Shown here: piece after piece, positions 48,676 to 64,000 of the stretch
Position numbering within the stretch: the stretch's first letter is position 1
Layout: each line of letters starts with the position of its first letter
Origin: the human T2T-CHM13v2.0 reference genome, Homo sapiens
Assembly (NCBI RefSeq): GCF_009914755.1
Contig: NC_060928.1
Reading direction: 5' to 3' (one strand)
DNA: 64,000 bases
Notes under the pieces: model-generated
The model's input: the letters and a program-made list of their open reading frames with translations, nothing else
The model's database searches: none
Told to the model about the DNA's origin: nothing
Translations under genes and position numbers: made by a program

Positions 48676-50624
48676 AACAATGAACAATGTAGATGGATGT
48701 TCGGTGCTATTAAGAAAATAAATTAGGAAAAGGGAGAGAGGATATTTAGCATTTTGGTAGGATAGGGAGGCCTGATAGAGCAGAGGCCCGAATGATGTTG
48801 ACAGACCACATCAGTGATCTGGTTTTAACACAAACAACCTCTTTGTAAAAGAAAGCAGGCTTAGGTTTTTCCCTATTGCCCTGAGAGGGACACACATGCT
48901 TTTTACCATGATGAGTGTTCAATATTGCACAGCACCCTCCAGCAGTGACTGCCTTCATTGGGGATTCTAATCCATCTGTCTGCCTGCTGGGAATGACTGA
49001 ATTGGGGCAGTTTGAGGGGATGGATTATCAAATAGAGCAGAACAGAAAATTGGCATGATTCATAGAACCAGGGTGGTGCTGGGGGGTTACACAGGCAAGC
49101 GGTTTCTAATGGATTCTGCACAAAAGGAAGGAAATGACTAGAACTCAGGGCCTACATAGGACTCAGAGTGAAGACCTCGCCTGCAGGGCCCTGAGGAGAG
49201 ATTCCAAGAATCTGCAGGCTGAGCATGTGTGCTTGTGGCAGCACAGGGTTGAGAAGCAGCGAAGCTGCAGCTTGCTGGAGCCCAACTATTGATGCAGTTG
49301 AACGTCCTTTGTAGCCTTGTTTAAATAGAACATAATAAGGCGGCACAGTCTGTCTGTAGAACTTTTACACTAATTGAAACAGATATGGGTGCAATTTACA
49401 AGTGAGTCACCAGAGCTAACCCAAGGGCAGTTGTTGCATCGTAGATCTGTTGTCTTGGGGAATTGACTTACTGAGGTGTTGGACTGAAGATATTTTTTTA
49501 AAAAGTTTTCAGACAGCCCTAGGTAAATCACTGCACATGTGTACTTCTCAAATACATCTCCTCCCTCTCCCCTTTCTCTTCCTCCTCTTCATCGCTTCTG
49601 TCTGCAGCCCGGGGGTACCTCTCTCACCCAACTTTGATTGCTCTAGCATCAAACAGTGCTGTGCCCATAGTAATGCTGAACCACATTTCTTAAGTGAATC
49701 AATCCTCACAGTCATCAACTCCACACATTAATTCATTTAGTACTTTAAAATTTTCCAAAGTGCTTTTCCTTGTCTTATTATAACAATTGCCAGCATTTGG
49801 TCAGCACTCTAGAGGTTATAAAGTACTTTGTGTACACTGTCTCCTATGACATCACAGCAATGCTGTGGGTTATTATTACTTGACTCATTTTGCAGGCAAG
49901 GAAGCTAAGGTTCAGGAATGCTAAATGACTCATCTGTGACCATGTAACTAATGCTTGGCAGAATCAGGATTTGTACTTAGATCTCTTGCTCCAAACTCCC
50001 TTTTTTCCATTCGATGATGCTTTCATCTGATGCTCTGGATGACCCTGTGAGGTGTTAGTGTAAGAGATGAGGTCCAGGAGGGTGACATGGCTCATCCAGG
50101 CCACACACATGCACTCACTGACCAGAAGTGAGGTCTTCCATCCAAGCCTTGGCTGTCACTATTTTCACCCTTATTGTCAGAGCATATTTTTTTAACTGAA
50201 CCCACTTACTGTGTGGTTGTCTGCTAGGCATTCATTGAGTAAACAGATATTGATGCTATCTCTGTTTAACAAATGGAAAAGTCAGAAAGAAGGAAATAAT
50301 CCATAAATCCAGGCCTCAAACTGTATTTACCTTACTTCTCTGGATACTGCATGCAAACCCATACAATTTTTTTTTAATCTCTTGTTAGTGTAGATCCTTT
50401 CATTGAGCTCAAACCTAAATCAACATGGCAGAACATTTTCCCCGGCTTCTCTGTTATTTACTGGACTCCCATTTTTTGGAGTTGAAGGGGACCTCAGGGA
50501 GGATTTAGCCCAATCCTATCATCTTACAGATGAAGAAACTGACTCTCCTCTTTGCCCAAGACACACAGATGGCTTTGGGCAAGTCGGAACTTGAGGGCCA
50601 GGCTTTGGCTCCCAAGGGCTCTCA

Positions 50625-51038
<414 letters not shown>

Positions 51039-51666
51039 CTAGCACATGAAACCAGTGAGTAGAGAACAGGAAGACACAGGACACGCCAGCCAGCCAGAGG
51101 CACTGCCTGGCTTATTAGCAATAAGCTCAACTGCTAGAGCTGTGTGTCCTGAACAACTCAGGCTGGGGCTTTGTGTGTTCAGGGGCACCCCAGAGATACT
51201 CTCCCACCCCTTTCCCCAAATGCTCCTCAGGAAAATCTGCAATCTAGCCTGGTTGGCACAAGTGAAAGAAATCATAACGGAAAGAGATTCTTTATATTGA
51301 TGTCTTTCTATGTCTATCCTAAGAAAACCCACAGATATTGCACATTCATTGGTGAAAAGATTAGAAGCAATGAAACAAAATGATAATAAAAAACACTTCA
51401 ATAGCTACTGTTACATCTTTTTTTGTCTCTACCATTCCAGACTTTTTCTTATCCACATATGTGTGTATTTTTACAAAAATAGGTTCGTATGGTGCAATCT
51501 GATTTGCAATCTACTTTTTTCATTTATTATATTGTGAACAGCTTTCAGTATCAGTATGTTAACGAATATACATACTCCTACACTGTGTAATGGCAGTGTG
51601 TTAGCCTAGATTTTTCCAAGGAACCTGTAACCATGTTTGTTAATTGTATCCATGGGCTTCTAAGGG

Positions 51667-51750
51667 GTGTGTGTGTGTGTGTGTGTGTGCATGCACACAT
51701 GCATATATATATATACACACACACAAATAGATATATACATACACATATAT
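51667..51750. repeat. Compound (TG)n/(TA)n/(CA)n microsatellite
   Basis: Seen directly. Confidence 0.9.
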
Positions 51751-52031
51751 AAATAGCCTTGCTTAGACTCATAGTAATAACCTCAGATATATCCAGCACT
51801 ATGTACTTTACATATATTAATTTATTTACTTATTGTAAGCACCCAAGATAAAAGTAGAATTTTCATCCACCCTTTACAGATGAGGAAACTTACTCAAGGT
51901 AAGACACTGGCATGTGGTAGAGTCAGGATTCAGTCCCGGCAACCTGGCCCCCAGCCTGGCCTCCTGACTACCACCCTTCCAATAATGGGCCCACCTATTG
52001 GGTTGCACATTCTAACTCCTTGGTTACATAA

Positions 52032-52570
<539 letters not shown>

Positions 52571-53129
52571 TGAAGGTGCTGTATCAGATTCCCTTTGTCC
52601 CCGGAGGAGGCTCAAGCCTTGCGGATGACCCAGAGTAGAACAGCTAGGAAACCAACACGCCTCCCTCTTGATACTCTTGACACCAGTCAGAAGAAACTGC
52701 TGTGTGTTTTAGGCTCGCCTAGTCACTTTCCTCCATTTTAACAGACTTCCCCCCAGGAAGAAAGGGGAGGGGGCCGAGGGGAGGAAGGAAAGGAGTGGGG
52801 AAGGGGGGAAGAAAACCCCCATCCTGCCACAACACCGAGCCTCGGATTTCGCTCTGCTTCGATGCTAAGGTCTCTGATTCTCCCTGGTTCTTTCTGAAGC
52901 TTGGGGGTGGGGTAGGGAGAACACGTGCTGAGGCTTCAAGCTGCAGCACGGCTCTAAGAAGCTTCAGATGGGGAACCCTGAATGGACACCTCTAACTTCC
53001 CTCTCCTCCAGAAAAAGACTGGTCAGCTGAGGTGGGGCTGTTGTTAGGTTTGACTGGCTAAAAGTTTGTGTAGAGGGGACTCAGGGTTCCTTTCTCTGCC
53101 AGGGCATTTTCTTAGGAATGGAACCTCTC

Positions 53130-53480
<351 letters not shown>

Positions 53481-53690
53481 CTATTATCATCTGATTAACT
53501 GCTGTGGTGAAGAATCTTAAAATAAAACAAACAAACAAAACCCAATCACTACAGCTGTATACTGTTTAAAAGCACAGTGAATTCCAAGTCGGGGGGGTGA
53601 GGGGGAAGGACAAAGAATTCGTAGGAAAAAAAAAGAAAAAACAAAAACCAAGAACATATTAAAATGTAAATCTATTTTTTTATTATTATT

Positions 53691-54979
<1,289 letters not shown>

Positions 54980-55035
54980 TTTAGACTCAACATACATTGT
55001 CCAGTTGCTATAAAACTTTTTCCATATGTCATTCT

Positions 55036-55996
55036 CTCAATTTCTGTGCTTACCTTTGTCAACCTAAAGGAGGAAATTGAGGCAAAATTAATATAGAGTC
55101 CATTTGGGCCAAGGCTAAGGACTGCAACCGAGGAAACACTGAGAAGTTCTCCTGAGAATAAAGGAGAGGTTTTTAAGGAAAAAAGGATCAATCAGGAGAG
55201 AGGGCAATTGCAAAAGTTGTTTTTTCAGGAATTTTTGCAGGGTTACAGGGATAACATTGATTAGTAATTGGCTATATGTTGTTGAACTATAGTGTGTGAA
55301 TAATGTTGTCTAGCATATGGCATATGTTAGGTAAATTTATGGGTACTTGGTGGAGACATTCAGTCTAGAGTCTATATAGCAGGAGGCTTCAAAATAAATA
55401 CTTAGCTCAAGGTGGTAGTTGCTGCCAGACTCTGGCTGAGAGATGGATGAAGGAAGTACGCTGACACAGGTGTTTTACCTGACAGCGTGGCTAGGGGACT
55501 GCCGCTTAGCACCACCAGCAAGAGTGCAGCAGCAGCAGCTCCCATAAGCCAGAGACACTCGCATTTATTTAGTACAGATTTAACGACAAAGGTTTGGAGC
55601 AAACACAATTTGGGGTGATTAACATTGTCGACCCCCCCAAGTAGAGAGCAGTCCTGCACACGAATGAGCAAAGGTTGGTTTCTGGAGACATAAGTAAACA
55701 GATTTATCTAGATAAGTTCCTTTACATTCCCCTGTTATCTGCCTTTTGTTCTCAGCCCCCGGACAAGAGAATTTGGCTGCCTTCAGCCATAATCCTCTCC
55801 TGAAGCTTTTGCAAAACCTCCCTGCCTTCTAAGAAGGTTTGTGTCTTTCCCTATAATTTTTCCTACCACCCTGACTGATTTCCTACAGGTAGGGGGTGGA
55901 GTGAGCCATGACTGCTGTCTCATTTTAATGCCTCTCTGGGCCTGATCACTTAAAAGGGCTCATATTCCTCAGATAAAAAGTTTATTTTCTTTCTCA
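55036..55996 (-). mobile_element. ERV1-class solo LTR (family uncertain) hosting a nested LTR
   Basis: TG...CA termini (tgtcaacctaaaggagg ... ttttctttctca) and LTR-like composition. Confidence 0.6.
55414..55887 (-). mobile_element. Solo LTR, HERV-K(HML-5) LTR22-like
   Basis: Minus strand starts tgtaggaaatcagtcagggtggtaggaaaaattatagggaaagac; AATAAA on the minus strand at about 55564. Confidence 0.65.
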
Positions 55997-56504
55997 CCTT
56001 GCCATGGTCCAGTAACAGTTTACAGACCTGCCCTGGATGGCAGGTTGCACTTTGAACAGTGATGATCTAATTCACTCATTCCTTCTCCGTTTAGGGAAGT
56101 TCACTCATTCACAGAATAAAACATTCATTACATATCTGTTATAAGCCAGACATATAGATGATTTGGGCTTATTCTGTTCTCAAGTGATTGCTGTGACACC
56201 ATGACCATGTGTTATGATTATATAATTGAATTGGAATAGTCTAGTCATCAATAGAATGTCATGTTCACCATGATAGCACTGAAAAGAAAAATTGCCCCAG
56301 GCCTGGTCTGGGACAGACCCTTTTTTGGATGTGGTGTAATTCACAACTTCCTTCTGGGGAGAAACTCAGTGCTCCTGATAAAATGCCCAAGCTGTTTTCT
56401 GATGGACTTTGATGGGATTAAGGCTTGTTCTGGGAAACAAGTCACACCTACCCTGCTCCCTGACCCCCTGCAGACTTTCAGACAACAGCCCAGTTGACCT
56501 TTAA

Positions 56505-56845
<341 letters not shown>

Positions 56846-57257
56846 TAACCAGCCATTCTTTTATTCTGTGTCTAGTCTAACAATGACTGTCTGGCCATTC
56901 TCTTTTCCTATAAAATGCCCTATCAAGTGTGAATCTTGGAAATAGACTCCTAGAGGCCATTTCACTTGAAGAAAGGCTGCAATACAGTTACAACACGTGG
57001 TCATAACTAAAGAGAGGGAAGGAGAGAATTCTGATGGGTTGATGGAGTTGGTGGGACTCAGTGACCCTGAGAAAGCTTTATAGTATTTCTGAGTCTCAGT
57101 TTTGTCATCTGTGAAATGGAGACAATAATACCTCAGGAGGTGGCTGTGAGAGTGAATATGGAATGGAAAGGGCGTGGTATCTGCCCAGCATGTATTAGTG
57201 CACCCTACATGCACATGATGATGATTATGATGGTGATGACTATGGACCCCTGATCTC

Positions 57258-58051
<794 letters not shown>

Positions 58052-58089
58052 ATCTCCTCAAGTAGAGTCCTGGAGTTCCAGGGTATTAC

Positions 58090-59143
58090 CGTAACCACCC
58101 AATGGGTTCACCTTGCTGGGTGCCTAGATAGAGTTGATTTCTCAGGACAGGGGAATTGCAATAGAGAAAGAGTAATTCAGGCCGGGTGTGGTGGCTCATG
58201 CCTATAATCCCAGCACTTTGGGAGGCCGAGGAAGGTGGATCACGAGGTCAGGAATTCAAGACCAGCCTGGCCAAGGTGGTGAAACCCCGTCTCTACTGAA
58301 AATACAAAAAAGGTAGCTGGGTGTGGTGGCGGGCACCTGTAATCCCAGCTACTTGGGAGGCTGAGGCAGATAATTGCTTGAACCCAAGAGGCAGAGGTTG
58401 CAGTGATCCGAGACTGAATCGCTGCACTCCAGCCTGGGTGACAGAGTGAGACTCCGTCTCAAAAATAAAAAAAAAAAAAAGAGAGAGAGAGAGAGTAATT
58501 CATGTAGAGCCGGCTGTGCGGGAGACTGGAGTCTTATTGTTACTCAAATCAATCTCCCTGAGCATTTGGGGATCAGAGTTCTTAAGGATAATTTGGTGGT
58601 ATGGGCTCGGAGAGTGGAGAGTGCTCACTGGTCGGGTTGAAGATGAAATCATAGGGGGTCGAATTGAGGTGTTCTTGCTGACTTCTGCTCCTGGGTGGGA
58701 TTGCAGAACTGATTGAGCCGGATTATCAGTCTAGGTGGTGTCATCTGCTGCACTGGAATGCAGAGTCTGCAAAATATCTCAAGCACTGATGTTAGGTTTC
58801 GCAACAATGATGTCATTCCCAGGAGCAATTTGGAGAGGTTCAGACTCTTGCAGCCAAAGGCTGCATGGCTGCTAAACTGTAATTTCTAATCTTGTAGATA
58901 ATTTGTTAATCCTACAAAGGCAAACTGGTCCCCAGGCAAAAAGGGGTTTTTCGGGAAAAGGCTATTATCAATTTTGTTTCAGAGTGTAAACTATAAACTA
59001 AATTCCTTCCCAAGGCTAGTTCAGCCTATACCCACAAATGAATAAAGACAGTTGAGAGGTTTGAAGGAAGATGGGGTCAGTTAGGTCTGACCTCTTTCAC
59101 TGTCATAATTGCCTTAGTTAAGATTTTTGCAAAGCCGGTTGCA
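58090..59143 (-). mobile_element. LTR8-like ERV1 solo LTR with an Alu at 58180-58490
   Basis: gtaaccacccaatgggttcaccttgc ... tttttgcaaagccggttgca; Alu TSD agagtaattca. Confidence 0.8.
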
Positions 59144-60367
59144 TTATCTGCTCCGGGTCAAGCTCTGGGCTGTTGCTTCTCCCTTAGGCCTGAGATGGGA
59201 GGAGCAGATGCCCCATGGGCCTGGGAAAGGGGTCAAGCAGGTGCCTAGTGCCTGAGGGCGAGCAGGGGCTGCCTGAAGCGAGAAAGTCAGAGGGCTTGCC
59301 TTTGCGGCAACACTGCCAGTTCCCACAGGGTCGAAGCTCCTCCTGAGTAGTGGGCAGGGAAGAAGCCAGCCTGGGCCTGGGCTCCTTGGGGAGACAGGAC
59401 TAACGCTGGAGCCTGGGCCACTGCAGGCCTGTGATCTGGAACCCAGCCAAGCCTCATCACCCTGCAGCTGTGGGAGCAGGCAGAGCCCTCCTGTGGTTTT
59501 AACTCTGTGGCTGTCACTCAGGGACCATTTATCGGCTGTTCTTTTTCACAACATTTCTGTTAGCTTGAGGCTTGGGCCGAGAGAAAAGAGGCTGCTGAAA
59601 ACCGTCTGCGTCTGTTTTCTTCATGCTATTGGTAGGAGAAACACACTTGTCACATACTGAGTCATTTTTCTGCTTCAACCTCAATCTACTTTCTCTGAAA
59701 AAGTGAATCCATGTGGAAGAACTTATGGGAGAGGGATGAGGGAGAGAGGGAGGAGCAGAGGGAAGGGAGAGGGAGGAGGGAGATGGCAGCCTGTCCAGTG
59801 TTTCTAGCCTGCATCATATTGTGGAAACTTGACAAGTCTAATTCTCTGCCATGGCGAGGGTGAAGGGAAGAGGCGGAGGCAGAAGAGAAAGAGCAGAGCC
59901 TTAGGCAGGTGGTAGGTACAGCGCTGCCAGCCTGCAGGATCCTTTGTGAGAGTCAGAAAATGGTGCCTGCTCTGCCTGCACACCGCCCTATGCCAGCCCA
60001 CAGAGTTTTGGCAAGCCCAGCACAGCTAGATTTCAGTCTCCACTGTCCCCTCTGCCTTGTTCAGTGAACGGCCTGTGCAACTGTGATCAGCAGCCCTGAC
60101 TGGAGGAAGACTCATTCCAAATGCTGTGGCAGATGAAGGCTCACAAGGAACTGAAATAAGAAGTGGTAAAACTGCCCTCGGTTATGGCTACAGTATTCGA
60201 TGAGTGTAAAGGTACAGTCCATCTCCAGAAAGCCTGACTATTAGGCCATCACTCTTACTCATTGAGTACAGCTCTTTACTTTCTCCATCGAGGCATCCAC
60301 CAAACTCTACAAAATCTAGTTAATTGCTCCCTTCCCTCTTCCACCAAACTTGGACTCTCTCCTTGTT

Positions 60368-60974
60368 TCTATAAACCAAAAGGTATCTGAGACAGGTCTC
60401 AATCAATTTAGAAAGTTTATTTTTTCAAAGTTAAGAATCTGCTTGTGACACAGCCTTGGAAGGTCCTGACAACATGTACCCAAGGTAGTCAGACACATCT
60501 TGCTTTTATGCATTTTAGGGAGACACGAGACATCAATACATGTAAGATGTACATTGGTTTAGTCTGGGAAGGTGGGACAACGTGAGGCGGAGACTTCCAC
60601 GTCATAAGTAGTCAAAAGACAAAAGGCTGCAGTGGACTCTTCGGAGTCCTTGATCAACCTTCCACTGAATACAAAATTTAGTCTGGCTCAGTGAATCTGC
60701 AATTTTACATAAATAATAGGGCAGAGGAAGCAATTGGATACGGATTTGTCCCATGTGAGCCTCTAAGGGATGACTTTGAGTTCTGTTCTGTCTGTCCTTT
60801 GTCCACAAGGAATTTCCTTGTAGGTAAATTGTGAGGGAAGTATGGAGCTTTTTATCTTTGTAGCCATCTTATTTAGGAATAAAATGGGAGGCAGGTTTGC
60901 GTGACATAGTTCCCAGCCTGTCTTTTCCCTTGGCTTTGTGATTTTGGGGTCTCGAGATTTATTTTCCTTTCACA
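60368..60974 (-). mobile_element. MER4A-like ERV1 solo LTR
   Basis: aaaccaaaaggtatctgagacaggtctcaatcaatttagaaagtttat ... gagatttattttcctttcaca. Confidence 0.8.
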
Positions 60975-61010
60975 TTTCCATCCCTGTATTGCTTTTTTTT
61001 TACTTCCCAA

Positions 61011-61558
61011 TGTTACAGGAAAGGGGTACTGATCCAGACCCCAAGAGAGGGGTCTTGGATCTCGCACAAGAAAGAATTGAGGGTGAGCCCGTACAGTAGA
61101 GTGAAAGCAAGTTTATTAGGAAAGTAAAGGAATAAAAGAATGGCTACTCCATAGACAGAGAACCCCCAAGGGCTGCTGGTTGTCCATTTTTCTGGTTATT
61201 TCTTGATGATATGCTAAACAAGGGGTGGATTAATTATGTCTCCCCTTTTTAGACCATATAGAGTAACTTCCTGACGTTGCCATGGCATTTGTAAACTGTC
61301 ATGGCGGGAGTGTAGCAGTGATGATGATCAGAGGTCACTCTTGTGGCCATCTTGGTTTTGGTGGGTTTTGGCTGGCTTCTTTACTGCAAACTGTTTTATC
61401 AGCAAGGTCTTTATGACCTGTATCTTGTGCTGACCTCCTATCTCATCCTGTGACTTAGAATGCCTTAACCGTCTGGGAATGCAGCCCAGTAGGTCTCAGC
61501 CTCATTTTACCCAGCTCCTATTCATGATGATGTTGCTCTGGTTCAAATGCCTCTGACA
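61011..61558 (-). mobile_element. MER41A-like ERV1 solo LTR
   Basis: tgttacaggaaagggg ... gctctggttcaaatgcctctgaca; lacks the MER41B GAS-containing segment. Confidence 0.85.
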
Positions 61559-62280
61559 CCAGGAAGAGGCTTCCTATATTTCAGAATAAAATTTCTACAC
61601 CTAAACTTTCTGCTGCAAATATTCACTACCTCTTCTAGGAAAGCTCTGGTGCCTGATTCTGCTGAAAGCATCTTTTTTCTCCCCGCTACTCGCCGCTCCC
61701 CCCACCCCTACTCCTTATCAAATGACCTCTCTTTCAGAAAGAAGAAAAGAAGATATAAAGGTAAGGGAACATGAGAGTAGAGAAATGCTGCCTAGCCACA
61801 TACAATTTTTTGCTTTAATTCATTGTGTTCTTGGAGAGACTATCAAAAGCTTTCATCAGAGTCTCAAGAGTCCATGACCCCGGAATTTTAAGAGCTGCTG
61901 CTACAAAAGGATTCATGAAATCCTCTAAGAAAAAGGCACAGAAAGTTCAGGGAGGGTTTATTAAATTAATTTTACCCCACTGTCTGATTTTTGGCAGGTT
62001 ATCTAATTTTTTTTTTTAACCATGAGCATGAACAGTGTTGCTTATTTTCCTGACTACCTTGGATGGCCCCCAGAATCATATTATTCTAATTGCCAACTAG
62101 AGGCCATCCCATTCTTCAGCCCACCACCCTCCAAGCTACCCTCCATTGTGTACCATGAACTGTAATCCAAGCAGCTCTCTTGTTGGGGTTAAAGGCCTCT
62201 AGTCCCACCTATATGCCTTTCTCTTGCTCTGTTCCCCAGCCAGCCCTTCACCCCAGCCAGGCTGGCTAATGTACTACCCA

Positions 62281-63692
<1,412 letters not shown>

Positions 63693-64000
63693 ATCCACAA
63701 CAGGAGCATCACAGCCATTTGGCTCTAGGCCATCACTCATGATGTCCTTGTCATCCATTCCTCTTGGTTCTCTAGATCCTCTGTGTCATTTGAGGTCAGC
63801 TCTTCTGAAGTGAGGAACCCTGTCTCTGTGTTCCAATAGCATTCCATTTTCCCTATCAGGTACAACACCATGTGCTCCAACTCTCTACCTCCATCTCGCT
63901 CACTGGTCTGTGAGCTTTCTTAGAAGAGGGCCTGAGTCTTGTTCACTGGTGTCTGTCCAATGGTCCCAGTGGTCCCTGGAACATAGTCTGTACATGAGAA

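Noticed and set aside
61011-61558. MER41 as an interferon-gamma/STAT1-inducible enhancer
   Set aside because: The tandem GAS segment of MER41B, which follows ctaaaaaggggag on the minus strand, is missing here; this is the MER41A-type deletion.

Overview
Human/primate genomic DNA, rich in Alu, MIR, L2, L1 and LTR repeats. It holds the 3' part of RHOH, the haematopoietic, GTPase-deficient Rho GTPase (human 4p14, recognised from the protein), on the + strand. Positions 1-36796 are the distal part of its long first intron; the promoter and first exon(s) lie upstream of the window. A 121-nt non-coding exon lies at 36797-36917, followed by a 337-nt intron with (TG)22. The terminal exon starts at 37255 and carries the whole 191-aa CDS (37464-38039), then a 3'UTR with several candidate polyA signals out to about 41050. 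The intron holds a near full-length Tigger1 DNA transposon fossil (both TIRs, TA target duplications, two nested Alus). The 3' flank (53.7-63.7 kb) is a dense, nested cluster of solo ERV LTRs. Nearly all other ORFs in the track are Alu or repeat translations or noise. I found no convincing novel multi-gene system. The most unusual sequence-level signals are: an 81-bp fold-back hairpin inside an Alu, a locally templated ~115-bp duplication that preserves an Alu empty site, three AUG uORFs in the RHOH leader, a candidate recursive splice site, a perfect E-box-bearing 18-mer tandem repeat, and a closely spaced inverted Alu pair. Repeat subfamily names come from recalled consensus sequences, not a database search, and repeat boundaries are approximate.
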